Shown: positions 35,514-45,846, numbered from the stretch's first letter. The stretch: 64,000 nucleotides of DNA from an uncultured delta proteobacterium (GCA_963806225.1 CAWDXG010000001.1:480001-544000); one strand, 5' to 3'. Program-made: numbers and translations. Notes: generated from the sequence alone by a model not told the origin.

Positions 35514-36182
35514 TCAGCTGCGCGCACCCGCATCGGCCTGCCGCGGCGGATCGAGGACCAGATGCGGCAGCATGCGCTTGAGGCTGCGCACGCCGATGCC
35601 CCGCACGCGGAGCAGATCGGTCGCCCTGCGGAAGCGCTTCAGCCGCCGGCGCAGCTTGACGATGCTGCGGGCGCGCTTGTCGCCCACGCCAGGCAGGCGC
35701 GTGAGCTCCTCGGCGCTGGCGACATTGAGGATCACCTTGCCGTCGGCGGTGATGCCGCGGGGGTGGCCCGGGCTACCGGCGTCGCTAGAGTCCGCCGAAG
35801 CGCTCGACGCTGGCGACGGCCGGACCGCCTGCCCCGGGGGCTTTGTCTTCGCTGGGCTCCCTCTGCGCTGCGAGGCGAGCCAGGCGGAGCCGATGTCGTC
35901 GACGACCGGAGCGCCGGTCGCGACCGGCACGCCCTGGACGCCCGACAGGATCGACGCCGCTCCGACGCCGGCCAGAGCCAGCATGAACAGCAGGATGGCC
36001 GCGGCCTTGAGCGCCACCGGCGCCCAGACGCTCTGCCGGTAGCGTTCGCGCAGCTGCGCGAACGGTCCGCCGGGCTGGGCGGGGGCCGCGCTACGACCCC
36101 CGCCCGGCTCGACGCCGACGACGCTCTTCTTCGAGACCGGACCGCCCGTGGGCGATCCGGTTTCCAGCTCGATGAGGCTCAT
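35514..36182 (-). CDS. comEA: ComEA-family helix-hairpin-helix DNA-binding protein with N-terminal TM anchor
   Basis: KVILNVASAEELTRLPGVGDKRARSIV...DLLRVRGIG. Confidence 0.88.
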   Translation of the reverse strand: MSLIELETGSPTGGPVSKKSVVGVEPGGGRSAAPAQPGGPFAQLRERYRQSVWAPVALKAAAILLFMLALAGVGAASILSGVQGVPVATGAPVVDDIGSAWLASQRRGSPAKTKPPGQAVRPSPASSASADSSDAGSPGHPRGITADGKVILNVASAEELTRLPGVGDKRARSIVKLRRRLKRFRRATDLLRVRGIGVRSLKRMLPHLVLDPPRQADAGARS

Positions 36183-36196
36183 CGGATCACCTGGCC

Positions 36197-36436
36197 TCAG
36201 GCGTACTGCACGACGGTTTCGGTGGACGCGCCATCGCCGTTGCTGCGCCGGGCCGCCGCGGCGGCTTCGTCGCGCGGCGTGTAGTCGCGGATCTGGAACT
36301 CGCCCGAAACGGGCACGGCCTCGAGCTTGACGTTCAGCGAACCGTCGCGGTTCACGAACGCGACGCCGACGCGGTTCCAGTAGTTGCGCCCGTTGCGCTC
36401 GGTGATGACGTAGACGATCTTCATTTTGGCATCCAT
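36197..36436 (-). CDS. Small beta-rich hypothetical protein (possibly nucleic-acid binding)
   Basis: 79 aa, RBS GAGGAG; YWNRVGVAFVNRDGSLNVKLEAVP...FQIRD. Confidence 0.75.
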   Translation of the reverse strand: MDAKMKIVYVITERNGRNYWNRVGVAFVNRDGSLNVKLEAVPVSGEFQIRDYTPRDEAAAAARRSNGDGASTETVVQYA

Positions 36437-36514
36437 GACGTGTCTCCTCGGGTTGACGTGCCGCCTGGCCCGCGCGCGGGGTGCGTGGCGGGTGGCGGCG
36501 GCACCCGGGGATGG

Positions 36515-36530
36515 AGCGAGCCGCGTGCCA
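36515..36530 (-). promoter_or_regulatory. Sigma-54 promoter upstream of the small protein-comEA unit
   Basis: TGGCACGCGGCTCGCT with exact GG-N10-GC spacing. Confidence 0.65.
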
Positions 36531-36595
36531 GAACCCAAGGGGCCGGGATCATTGGCGTTTGCATCCCGCGGGGGGTGGCGGCGCCAGGTTCCGCC

Positions 36596-36611
36596 GGTGG
36601 CGGCCGCCACC
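36596..36611. promoter_or_regulatory. Perfect 16-bp palindrome GGTGGCGGCCGCCACC, candidate activator site
   Basis: Intergenic; the half-site GGTGGCGGC also occurs near 36574 and 36491. Confidence 0.5.
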
Positions 36612-36687
36612 CTGCGCCGGGCGGTTTGCCGGGCCCTGGCCAGCGTGGTCTACTCCCGCTTACGTAACGGCAGCCAGGAGACGAACC

Positions 36688-37779
36688 ATGAACGAGCGTC
36701 GCGGGGGCGGAGTTTCACGCCGTGAGATGATGAAAGGCGCGGCGGTAGCCGGCCTGGGTGTCGCCGGAGCCGGCCTGCTCTCTTCCGCAACGGCCGAAGC
36801 CGCCGATCGCCCGGCCATCGATCACCTGATCGCCAAGGCGCCAGCGGGTTTCAAGCCGATGGTGGTGCCCGGCAAGGTGGTCAAGGTGACCAGGGCCGGC
36901 GATTTCAAGTCGCTGATGCAGAAAAACGAGCTCTGGCCGAAGCCCGAGGTGGCGCGCGCCATGTTCGAGAAGGGGATGACCGCTTTCACCGGCGCGCCGA
37001 ATGCCGTCGAGGCGATGAAGAGGTTCATCCACAAGGACGACGTCGTCGCGATCAAGGTCAACGGCATCGCGCTCCAGGCGCTGGCCACGAACTTCGAGCT
37101 GATCCTGCCGGTGGTCGAGACGGTGCTCAAGCTCGGCGTTCCGGCCGACAGGATCACCGTCTACGAGCAGTACCCCAAGTTCCTGGCGGGGACGCGCATC
37201 GGTCGCAAAGGCTACGACCTGCCGGCCGGCGTGAAGACAGCCACGCACAACAACAACAACCACCCGATGCCGCCGGTGCGCATCTACAACGGCATCCCGA
37301 CGAAGTACTGCCGCTTCCTGCTCGAGGCGACCGCGGTCATCAATATCAGCATGGTCAAGGATCACTCGATCTGCGGCTACACGGGCCTGCTCAAGAACAT
37401 GACGCACGGCAACGTGAACAATCCGCAGGCCCACCACGACCACAATGCCAGCCCGCAGATCGCGATGCTCTACAACCATCCGATCGTGACGAGCCGCGCG
37501 CGGCTGAACATCACCGACGCCTTCAAGGTGAAGTACGATCGCGGACCGCTCGACAAGCAGCCGGCTACCAAGACGCCCTACGGCGCCGTGTTCGTGTCGA
37601 CCGATCCGGTGGCGATGGACCGCCTCGGCTGGGGCATCGTCGAGGCCGAACGCAAGAAGCGGCATCTGCCGACGCTGGAGCAGGCTCACCGCGAGCCCCG
37701 CTACATCAAGGTGGCGGGCGAGCTCGGCCTCGGCGTCTACGATCTGAACGCTATCCGCCTGCAGACCGTCCAGGCCTGA
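36688..37779 (+). CDS. Tat-exported DUF362-domain protein
   Basis: SRREMMK twin-arginine signal; V.IKVN; KDHSICGYTGLLKN; STDPVAMD. Confidence 0.85.
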   Translation: MNERRGGGVSRREMMKGAAVAGLGVAGAGLLSSATAEAADRPAIDHLIAKAPAGFKPMVVPGKVVKVTRAGDFKSLMQKNELWPKPEVARAMFEKGMTAFTGAPNAVEAMKRFIHKDDVVAIKVNGIALQALATNFELILPVVETVLKLGVPADRITVYEQYPKFLAGTRIGRKGYDLPAGVKTATHNNNNHPMPPVRIYNGIPTKYCRFLLEATAVINISMVKDHSICGYTGLLKNMTHGNVNNPQAHHDHNASPQIAMLYNHPIVTSRARLNITDAFKVKYDRGPLDKQPATKTPYGAVFVSTDPVAMDRLGWGIVEAERKKRHLPTLEQAHREPRYIKVAGELGLGVYDLNAIRLQTVQA

Positions 37780-37884
37780 TGCGAATCCCGCGTCTCGCTG
37801 CGCCGAGGCGTTGCGTTCTCGAGCTGGGTTCGCCTTGGTCGACTTGACGTTCCATAATCTCCAGCAGTGCTGCGTCCAACGGAT

Positions 37885-38590
37885 GTGAAACGGCAAGCGG
37901 TGCGGGTCGGCCTTTTCGCACTGGTGCTGCTCGGCGCCAGCGCCTGCGGCCCCAGCGTCGTGCGCCAGCCGCCGGGCCGTCCTCCGACGCCGCGCTCGGT
38001 GAGCGTTTCGGAGCCCGGCGGCGACGCGGCGGATTCCGCATCGCGCGGCACTGAAGCGCCTGCTCGCCGCGCCCTGGGGGCGCAGGAACGACAAGGACGG
38101 ACAGCTCGAGGCGCCGACTCCCGACTGGAAGAACTGGAAGCGTGTCCGCTACTGGGGCGTCCACCACTTCACCGGCTTCCGCTATGGCGACGAGCATCAC
38201 GTCATCGCCATCGTGTTCGTCAAGCCCGTGCCCGAAGGCGTGACGCCGGACGCCGACGCGTGCATGGAGCGTTTCGTGTCCTGGGCCCGCTCCAGGATCC
38301 GCAACTTCGACGTGAAGCTCGGGTCCATCGAGCGCAAGGATGGCCACTGGCGCGGCAAGCAGATGGACGTGGAGTCCGTGGACGGCAACGTCGACTTCGG
38401 CTTCTCGCACCACCACTTCTCGGCGGCGTGGGCGACGTATCCGGCCTATCCCGATGCCTGCCTGACCTACGCGATCGCAGTGCCCTGGCGCGGGCAGAAG
38501 GAGCTCGCCCAGAAGCTCCGCGACCGCTGGGTCGACGAGGGCTTCTCGCGCATGCGCACGCTCACGAAGAAGGCGCCGCACCGCCAGTAG
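37885..38590 (+). CDS. Lipoprotein of unknown function with one frameshift near 38034
   Basis: Lipobox GASAC. Removing one base in ggattccg joins PGGDAAD to PHRAALKRLL...RYWGV...FVKPVPEG. Confidence 0.65.
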
Positions 38591-38833
38591 CTATCCGCCG
38601 AAGCCCGCCAGGATCCTGGCCACCGCGTAGACGCACACGGCGCCCACCCAGATCAGGCTGCGGAAGCGCATGCCCGCGTCAGAGCCCCAGTACGGAGCCA
38701 GCGGCGGTACGAGCAGGGCGATCGGAGCGCGCCAGCGGGGATGCCGCATGAGGAGCCCCACCACGAGCGAGACGTGAGCGGTGACCAGGACGCCGAAGGC
38801 GACGCTGGCAACGAGGTAGATGGCCAGATCCAC
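38591..38833 (-). CDS. Small membrane protein
   Basis: Three hydrophobic segments and a PPLAPYW motif; TAGCAT 9 nt upstream of the GTG. Confidence 0.65.
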   Translation of the reverse strand: MDLAIYLVASVAFGVLVTAHVSLVVGLLMRHPRWRAPIALLVPPLAPYWGSDAGMRFRSLIWVGAVCVYAVARILAGFGG

Positions 38834-39001
38834 GGGCAACCCATGCTAGATCAGCGCGTCCCGCCGTGCGGGTCCGCGCGCCGCGGCCTTGGCCTGCCTG
38901 CCCGTGGGGGTCGCGGCCCGCTGGCCTGGAACGGCAGAATCCTTGCGCGGGGCGCCGCTTTTGGCTGGTTCGGCGCGGCGCGCTGCTAGACTCCGCGGAC
39001 T

Positions 39002-40879
39002 GTGAGAAACACCCTCCTGCTCGCCCTGGCCGTGCTGATCGGTCTCCTGGCTCCGTTGGGCCTCTGGCAGACCGCTTTCGCCCAGGGCAAGTCCCGCGAT
39101 TCCGGCATCCTGCCCGTGCGGGACATCAAGCCGGGCATGAAGGGCTACGGCCTCACCGTGTTCAAGGGGACAGAGCCGGAGCAGTTCGCGGTTTCCGTGA
39201 TCGGTGTGCTGAAGAATTTCCAGCCGCGCCAGGATCTCATCCTGATCAAGACGAAACACCCGCGGCTCGCCGTGACCAAGGTCGTGGCCGGGATGAGCGG
39301 CAGCCCGATCTTCATCAACCACAAGATGGTCGGGGCTTATGCATACGGTTGGACCTTCGGTGAAGAGCCCGTCGCGGGCGTGACGCCGATCCAGAACATG
39401 CTGAACGAGCTGCACCGCCCGATCCCGAAGATGATCAACGGCTGGCCGCTGGTGCCGGGCCCTCCGCACGGCAAGCGCCAGGCACGTCGATCGATGAGCT
39501 CGGTGAATCGCTATGCCGGTTCGCTCGATCACTACGATCTCGACCAGCATGCCCGGCAGATCGAAAAGCACAACGCCTTGATGCTGCCCGGCTCGTCGAG
39601 CCCCGCCAGGCCGGTCGACACGCCGCTCTTGATGGGCGGCATGACGAGCTCGGCGATGGGTCTGGCGAAGAAGCTGCTCTCGCCGCTCGGGCTGGCCCCG
39701 CTTCAGGCGGGTGGCGGCGGCAGCGCCGAGCAGGCCGGCGGCGGTCCCAACCACTTCGTGGATGGCGGAGCGATCGGCGTGCAGCTCATCCGGGGCGACA
39801 TGAGCGCCATGGGCCTCGGAACGGTGACCAGCGTCCATGGCAACAAGCTGGTCGCGTTCGGCCATCCCATGATGCAGTCCGGTGTCACGGCGCTGCCGAC
39901 CTGCACCGGCAAGGTGCTGTGGTTCCTCGCCAGCAAGATGCGCTCGTTCAAGATCGGCGAGCCTCTCAGGCCGCTGGGCGCGCTGGTGAACGACCGCCTC
40001 GCGGCCATCGTCGTCGACGAGAACGTCAAGGCTCCGGTCATCCCCGTGACGATGCACATCAAGGGAGTGGACGGAGCGCCGGTCACCGACTGGAAATTCC
40101 AGGTGGCCGAGGAGAAGTTCATGTCGCCCGCCTTCCTCGCGATCGCCCTCGGCAACGCGCTGCAGGCGACCGCGGCCGAGCGTCAGGACGTGAGCTGGAC
40201 GGCCCAGAGCCACCTGGCGATCCATGGGCACGGCAGCATCGACCTCGAGGACTTCGGCGTGGCCATCGGCGGCACGCCCGACCCCCAGGACTTCGTGCGC
40301 TCCAATCTGGTGCGCTCGATGGGCGCCCTGATGAACAACCCCTGGCAGCCGGTGCTGATCGACGGCGTCGAGATGACCATCCGGCTGCGCTACGCGCGCG
40401 ACATCCTGCGCCTGCGAGGCAGCGAGATCCTCGATCCGGAGGTTCAGGCGGGGCAGGCGGCGCGCATCCGCCTGACGCTGATCCCGTACGCCTCCAAGCC
40501 GGTGACGCGGATCGTCTCGGTGCCGATTCCGGCGCATCTGGCCGGCAAGACGCTGTCGCTCGAGATCTCGCCCGGCTACACGGAAGAGCGCGATCTGGCC
40601 GATCCAGACAATCTCGGCGCTCTCATCCACAACCTGGCCCACGCCACCTATCCGCCAAAGTCGGTCATCATCTCGTTCAACGCCGGCGACGGCGCGGTGA
40701 GCTACAAGGGTCACGTCGCGAAAGACCTCCCGCCCGGCGCGCTCGACGCGATCCGCCCGACTTCCAGCTCGGTGGCACCCGACACCTTCCGCTCCGAGAC
40801 GCGGCTCGTGGTACCGCTGCCCGACTTCATGACCGGGCAGGACCACGTGAGCGTGGAAGTGAAGCCCGTACTGCACTGA
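39002..40879 (+). CDS. Exported SpoIVB-like peptidase S55-domain protein
   Basis: Signal peptide; VVAGMSGSP...VGA nucleophile motif; GTVT...AFGHP. Confidence 0.88.
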   Translation: MRNTLLLALAVLIGLLAPLGLWQTAFAQGKSRDSGILPVRDIKPGMKGYGLTVFKGTEPEQFAVSVIGVLKNFQPRQDLILIKTKHPRLAVTKVVAGMSGSPIFINHKMVGAYAYGWTFGEEPVAGVTPIQNMLNELHRPIPKMINGWPLVPGPPHGKRQARRSMSSVNRYAGSLDHYDLDQHARQIEKHNALMLPGSSSPARPVDTPLLMGGMTSSAMGLAKKLLSPLGLAPLQAGGGGSAEQAGGGPNHFVDGGAIGVQLIRGDMSAMGLGTVTSVHGNKLVAFGHPMMQSGVTALPTCTGKVLWFLASKMRSFKIGEPLRPLGALVNDRLAAIVVDENVKAPVIPVTMHIKGVDGAPVTDWKFQVAEEKFMSPAFLAIALGNALQATAAERQDVSWTAQSHLAIHGHGSIDLEDFGVAIGGTPDPQDFVRSNLVRSMGALMNNPWQPVLIDGVEMTIRLRYARDILRLRGSEILDPEVQAGQAARIRLTLIPYASKPVTRIVSVPIPAHLAGKTLSLEISPGYTEERDLADPDNLGALIHNLAHATYPPKSVIISFNAGDGAVSYKGHVAKDLPPGALDAIRPTSSSVAPDTFRSETRLVVPLPDFMTGQDHVSVEVKPVLH

Positions 40880-40950
40880 TCTCCGTCGTCCCCCGTGGTC
40901 CCTGTCGCCCGGGCGCCGTCACGCCGGCGGCCCGCTAGAGGAAGCCCCCA

Positions 40951-43020
40951 GTGAAAAGCCAACTTGCCCATCGACTTGTCGAAAGCTCCATCGGTCTCGC
41001 CCTGCTTTTCAGCGCGGCGCACGCCCTCGCCGTCGGCACACGCCACTTCGACCTCGAGAACGGCGACGATTTCAAGGGCGGCGACCTGAAAGGCGTCGCC
41101 GTCGATTCGGCCGGTCAGGTCCGCGCGGGCTTCAACCTGGGCGCGATCCCCGTGCCGGAGGGGACGACGATCTGGAGCATACTGCCCATGCCCGACGGCT
41201 CGCTGCTGCTCGGGACGGGCAACGAAGGCAAGCTGCTCTCGCTCAAGGGAGCGAAGGTCGGCGTGGTGGCGGACACCAAGGCGCTCGTGGTCACGTCGCT
41301 CGCGCATGCCTGGGGCAGCAGCGTCGTGATGGGCACACTGCCCGACGGCAAGGTGATGAAGCTCGATGGCGGCAAGCTCTCGACCCTCGCTGCCCTCAAG
41401 GGCACCGAGCACGTGTGGCAGGTCGCTTTCGACAAGAAGAAGGGCGTCGTGTATGCGGCCACCGGTCCCGAAGGGAAGCTGTGGCGCATCGACCGGACCG
41501 GCAATGCACAGGTCTACTTCGATGCCCCCGAGCAACACCTGATGAGCGTCGCGGTGGCTCCGGACGGCACCGTCTACGCCGGCGCCAGCAACAAGGCCAA
41601 GCTCTACAAGATCACCGGCCCCGGACGCGCCAGCGTGCTGTACGACTTCGACCGCACCGAGGTGCGCGACATCGCGATCGGACCAAAGGGCGAGATCTAC
41701 GCGATCGCCAACAAGCTCACGACCGGGAGCTACGCGCCGACGCGCAAGGGGCATGGCATCCCGACCAGCGCCGGCCCGGCGTCGAGCGCGCCGAAGACGA
41801 AGGGCAAGGGCACGCTCTACGAGTTTGCGCCCGACGGCTCCTACGACCAGTTGCTCGACAACAAGGACGAGCACTTCGTCAGCCTCGCGGTTGGCGACGA
41901 CGGTCGGCCCTACGTCGGTACCGGCGTGGAGGGCCGCGTCTACACGGTGGACACGTCCCACAACCAGGTGCTGGTGGCCGACACCAAGGAGCGTCAGGTC
42001 ACGGCCCTGCTCCTGAGCGGCAAGCACCAGTTCGTGGCCAGCAGCGATCCGGCCGTACTGCATCCCGTCCACGGCGTCGGCGGCGCCGACGCGGTGTGGA
42101 CCAGCAAGGTGCTGGATGCCGGCATCCGCGCGCACTTCGGGCGCATGAGCTGGGTTTCCACCGGAACGCTCGAGCTGTCGACCCGCACCGGCAACACCAA
42201 GGAGCCGGACAAGACCTGGAGCGGCTGGAGCCAGCCCATCGCGGCGCCGGCGCGGCTCGCGAGCCCGCCCGGGCGCTACCTGCAGGTGCGCGCCCGCTGG
42301 AGCCGAGACCCGAAGGCGATCCTGAGCGAGCTCGAGATCCCGTTCGTGACCGACAATCTCCGCGCGACCCTCACGGAGATCGACGCGAGCTCCGGCGCGA
42401 AGAAGAAGAAGGGCTCGTCGTCGTCGTCGTCGTCGGACGGCGTGCACAAGTCAGGCGGTCCCATCACGAAGAAGCCCGACACGAAGGTCAAGCTCACCTG
42501 GAAGGTCGACAACCCCGACAAGGACGAGCTGCGCTACCGGATCGACTACCGCCTGATCGGCACGAAGACCTGGTACGACATGCTCAAGCCGGACGAGGTC
42601 CTCACCAAGAAGGAGTACACCTGGGACACGGCGGACCTGCCGGAGGGGCGCTACCGCGTGCGCCTGGTCGCCAGCGACGACATCTCGAATCCGCCGGGCC
42701 ACGCCAAGCAGAGCGAGCTCTTGAGCGACATCGTGCTTGTCGACAACACGCCGCCGACCGTGGAAGGGCTCAGGGTTGCGGGTCGCCACGTGCAGGGCAC
42801 CGCCGTGGACGGTGTGGGCCCCATCAAGCGGATCCAGATCTCGATCGCCGGGACCGGGGTCTGGTACCCGTTCTATCCGGTCGACGGGGTCTTCGACGAC
42901 CAGCGCGAGAAGTTCGACGCCGACGTGTCCAGCTTCTCGCCCAGAGGCCCGGCGCTGCTCAGCGTGCGCGTCTACGATCAGGCCAACAACTACGTGATCC
43001 GCAACGTCACGCTGAAGTAG
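40951..43020 (+). CDS. Exported beta-propeller protein with C-terminal Ig/FN3-like domains
   Basis: Signal AHA-LA; repeats G.VYA.TG..GKLY.I; WDT..LPEG.Y.VRL.ASD; VDNTPP. Confidence 0.75.
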   Translation: MKSQLAHRLVESSIGLALLFSAAHALAVGTRHFDLENGDDFKGGDLKGVAVDSAGQVRAGFNLGAIPVPEGTTIWSILPMPDGSLLLGTGNEGKLLSLKGAKVGVVADTKALVVTSLAHAWGSSVVMGTLPDGKVMKLDGGKLSTLAALKGTEHVWQVAFDKKKGVVYAATGPEGKLWRIDRTGNAQVYFDAPEQHLMSVAVAPDGTVYAGASNKAKLYKITGPGRASVLYDFDRTEVRDIAIGPKGEIYAIANKLTTGSYAPTRKGHGIPTSAGPASSAPKTKGKGTLYEFAPDGSYDQLLDNKDEHFVSLAVGDDGRPYVGTGVEGRVYTVDTSHNQVLVADTKERQVTALLLSGKHQFVASSDPAVLHPVHGVGGADAVWTSKVLDAGIRAHFGRMSWVSTGTLELSTRTGNTKEPDKTWSGWSQPIAAPARLASPPGRYLQVRARWSRDPKAILSELEIPFVTDNLRATLTEIDASSGAKKKKGSSSSSSSDGVHKSGGPITKKPDTKVKLTWKVDNPDKDELRYRIDYRLIGTKTWYDMLKPDEVLTKKEYTWDTADLPEGRYRVRLVASDDISNPPGHAKQSELLSDIVLVDNTPPTVEGLRVAGRHVQGTAVDGVGPIKRIQISIAGTGVWYPFYPVDGVFDDQREKFDADVSSFSPRGPALLSVRVYDQANNYVIRNVTLK

Positions 43021-43181
43021 CCGATCTGGGCCAGGACCGCGACACGGCTGCCAGGGTCCCGGCCGTGCCCGGAGCGCGCCGCGCACGATTCGGCCTCCGG
43101 CACGGCATGTGCTCTACTGGCAGCTGGTGCTAGAGTTCCGGGTATATTCCCGGGCTTTTCCCAGGGCTCTCGCTGGGTTCG

Positions 43182-44273
43182 ATGTCACGACCTCTCCGCT
43201 TGTTCGTCCGTAGTCTTCTCGGCCTCGCGCTCGCCGCCGGCTTGGCCGCAGCGGGCTGCGCCAGCCTCGGCGACGCGAGCGCGCTGGGCAACGGTCACTG
43301 CTTCGGTCTGCAGTGCCCGGACTCGGGAGTCGGCGCGGGCGGCGATGGCACCATCGCCAACCCGCCCGAGGCCGGTAGCGACGCCGAAGCCGGCCCCGGA
43401 GGGACGAGCCATCTGTGCGCCAGCGGCTGCCAGCCGGATGACCCGACGGCGTGCACCGGCGTCGGCGCGGGTCCAGCCGAAGCGGGCCCGGGCGATGCCG
43501 CCTTCACCGCCGATGCGATGACCACCCCCGACGCCGGCGCGAGCGCGGACGCGGCAGCGGGCTTCGCCGATGCTGCGGCGGGACAGGGCGATGCGGCGCC
43601 GGACGCAGGCGCTGGCGTGCCGGCGCCGGGTTACGGCTGCCATCTCACCCGCCAGAGCGGTTCGGCGGTGGCGGTGTGCGAACCCGCAGGCCAGGGCAGG
43701 GAGCACGCGCCGTGCGTTGACTCCAGCGACTGCGCTGCGGGCTACGGCTGCGTGCTGGACGGCGCGGCGGGCGAGTGCCGTCACTTCTGCTGTGCCGGCA
43801 ACTCGGCCTGCGCGTGCGATCCGGACGCGGGCACGGACTGCGATCCCGGGCTCGCCGGGACGTTCTGCGCCGACCGCCCGCTGAAAGCCGACATCCCGTA
43901 CGGCGGTCCCACGCAGACGCAGCAGCTGGCCCCCGTGTGTGTGCCGGCGGACAACTGCAACCTGGCCGAGCCGTACCCGTGCCAGGCGTCCAACCCCGCC
44001 GACTGCACCTGCCCCGAGCCCGGCACCGCCTGCATGGTGGTGGGTGATGGCTTGACGAGCTGTATCGCGCCACCCGGCACCGGCCAGGCGGGCGACGCAT
44101 GTCCCTGTGCGTGGGGCCATGTCTGCTCCCAGGCCACCGGCAAGTGCCTGAAGATCTGCTCGCTGACGACGAACGATCCGGGCTGCGGCGGCGGCAAGTG
44201 CCAGGCCAGCAAGCAGATGCCCGACTACTTCGGCGTGTGCGTGCCTTCCGCAGTCCCCGACGGCGGCTACTAG
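43182..44273 (+). CDS. Cys-rich lipoprotein
   Basis: Lipobox AAGC; very many Cys; DAG linkers. Confidence 0.75.
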   Translation: MSRPLRLFVRSLLGLALAAGLAAAGCASLGDASALGNGHCFGLQCPDSGVGAGGDGTIANPPEAGSDAEAGPGGTSHLCASGCQPDDPTACTGVGAGPAEAGPGDAAFTADAMTTPDAGASADAAAGFADAAAGQGDAAPDAGAGVPAPGYGCHLTRQSGSAVAVCEPAGQGREHAPCVDSSDCAAGYGCVLDGAAGECRHFCCAGNSACACDPDAGTDCDPGLAGTFCADRPLKADIPYGGPTQTQQLAPVCVPADNCNLAEPYPCQASNPADCTCPEPGTACMVVGDGLTSCIAPPGTGQAGDACPCAWGHVCSQATGKCLKICSLTTNDPGCGGGKCQASKQMPDYFGVCVPSAVPDGGY

Positions 44274-44320
44274 CCAGCTCGCGCTCCGGCTGGCGCCGAC
44301 GCCGTCGGGGTGACCGCGTC

Positions 44321-44752
44321 CTACGCGCGCAGCGCCTTGACGGCCTGGGCTACGTCCTTGCCGTCGACCTCGGCGCCGCTGGCCTTGAGATGTTTCATCG
44401 CGACGCCGGTGGCCTGGCCGTCGTTGCCGGCGGCGCGGATCGCGTCGGCGACCGGGGCGAGGGCGGCGGCGATCTCCTCGACCGACAACGACCTGGGGAG
44501 CAGCTGCTGCAGGATGGCGATCTCGCTCTCGAGCGTGGACTTCTGCTCCGCGTCGGTCGCGGACTCGAGCGTCTCGCGGTTCGACTTGATGAGCTTCTTG
44601 AGAATCCTGGTTGCCAGAGCGTCGTCGGCCTGCGCGCCGCGCGCCTCCTCGGTCTGGATCTCGCCCAGGGCGACGCGCAGGATCTCCTTTTCCAGAGTGT
44701 TCCCTGCTTTCATCGCGGCCTGGATGCGCTGCTTGATCTGGTCGACGAGCAC
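44321..44752 (-). CDS. GatB/YqeY domain protein
   Basis: I..AMKAG...ILR...I; E.AIL..LLP..LS.EEI; G.AMK...VDGK. Confidence 0.88.
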   Translation of the reverse strand: MLVDQIKQRIQAAMKAGNTLEKEILRVALGEIQTEEARGAQADDALATRILKKLIKSNRETLESATDAEQKSTLESEIAILQQLLPRSLSVEEIAAALAPVADAIRAAGNDGQATGVAMKHLKASGAEVDGKDVAQAVKALRA

Positions 44753-44836
44753 GATGCCCGTGAGCCTAGCGCGCCTGCCTGCGCCGGGCTCCGGTTTTCT
44801 GCCGGAGCGCCGGAGCGGCAACCCGTCTCCTCTAGC

Positions 44837-45778
44837 TCAGCTGCCCGGCTTGGCCGGCGGTACGAGGCTGTGCCGCTGCGGGTCGGGGGGCCGGCGGCGT
44901 TCGGCGCTCTCGAGCTGGGCGTTCAGCTCGGCGCCGGTGAGCAGGGCCGCGCACCAGATCCACAGCCAGGCGAGCGCGATCGCGACCGCCGCGAGGCTGC
45001 CGTAGAACATGGCGAAGCGCGCCAGCGTGCTGGCGTAGTAGCCGAACGCATACGAGGCGAAGCCGCCGATGCCGACCGCCAGGACGGCGCCGGGCCACAT
45101 GTGCCGCTTCACTCCGGGGCGGTTGATGGCGATGCGGTAGAAGGCGGCCAACAGCACCGTCAGCGTGACGATCGCGACGAGCAGCGCGATGTAGTGCGCC
45201 AGCACGCGTGTCCCGCTGTGGGGGACGTCCGGATCGAGGAACCTGAGCATCGCGATCGGGCCGCCTGCGAGCAGCACGGCGACGTAGCTCGACAGGCCCG
45301 ACGCAGCCAGTGCGACCAGCACGCAGCCCAGCGCGATCAGCCGCTTCTTCCACCATGGCCGCTTCTTGGCGTCGAGCGCGATCTCGAACACGCGCATCTG
45401 CGTGTGGAACGCCGACGACGCGAGCCAGAAGGAGCCGAGCACGGCCAGCGGCGCTACCGCGCCGGCCGAGAAGCGCCCGAAGTTCCTGGTGATCAGCAGG
45501 TGGAGCTCGTACGGCGTGTGATCGACCAGGCTGGAGAGCGTGTACAGCGTCTCCGGGCTGTCCTTGAGCACGTTGGCGAACGCCCAGCCGGCCAGCGCCA
45601 CCATCGGGATGCTGGCCAGGAACAGGTCGAACGCCATCGCGTTCGCGGTCTGGGCCAGGCGGTGGCGGCCCATGCCCCGGACCAGCGAGAAGATTCCGCG
45701 CCGCAGCGGCCCCCGGTCGAAGTAGGTCTCCACGCGCTGGAGCGCGTTGATCTTGAGGGAACGGGTCTTTTCCAGCAT
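44837..45778 (-). CDS. YihY/BrkB family membrane protein
   Basis: AMAF..FLA..P; PGAV.A; YGSLAAV...L.WL......L.GAELNA. Confidence 0.9.
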   Translation of the reverse strand: MLEKTRSLKINALQRVETYFDRGPLRRGIFSLVRGMGRHRLAQTANAMAFDLFLASIPMVALAGWAFANVLKDSPETLYTLSSLVDHTPYELHLLITRNFGRFSAGAVAPLAVLGSFWLASSAFHTQMRVFEIALDAKKRPWWKKRLIALGCVLVALAASGLSSYVAVLLAGGPIAMLRFLDPDVPHSGTRVLAHYIALLVAIVTLTVLLAAFYRIAINRPGVKRHMWPGAVLAVGIGGFASYAFGYYASTLARFAMFYGSLAAVAIALAWLWIWCAALLTGAELNAQLESAERRRPPDPQRHSLVPPAKPGS

Positions 45779-45846
45779 GCGCGGACGGGCCCACGTCGTG
45801 GGCGGAGGGCCCCACGCTGCGGCGGGGAATGCTATACGGCCAACGC

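Noticed and set aside
42415..42435. (TCG)7 microsatellite as a phase-variation tract
   Set aside because: An in-frame poly-Ser linker; slippage would not switch the frame.
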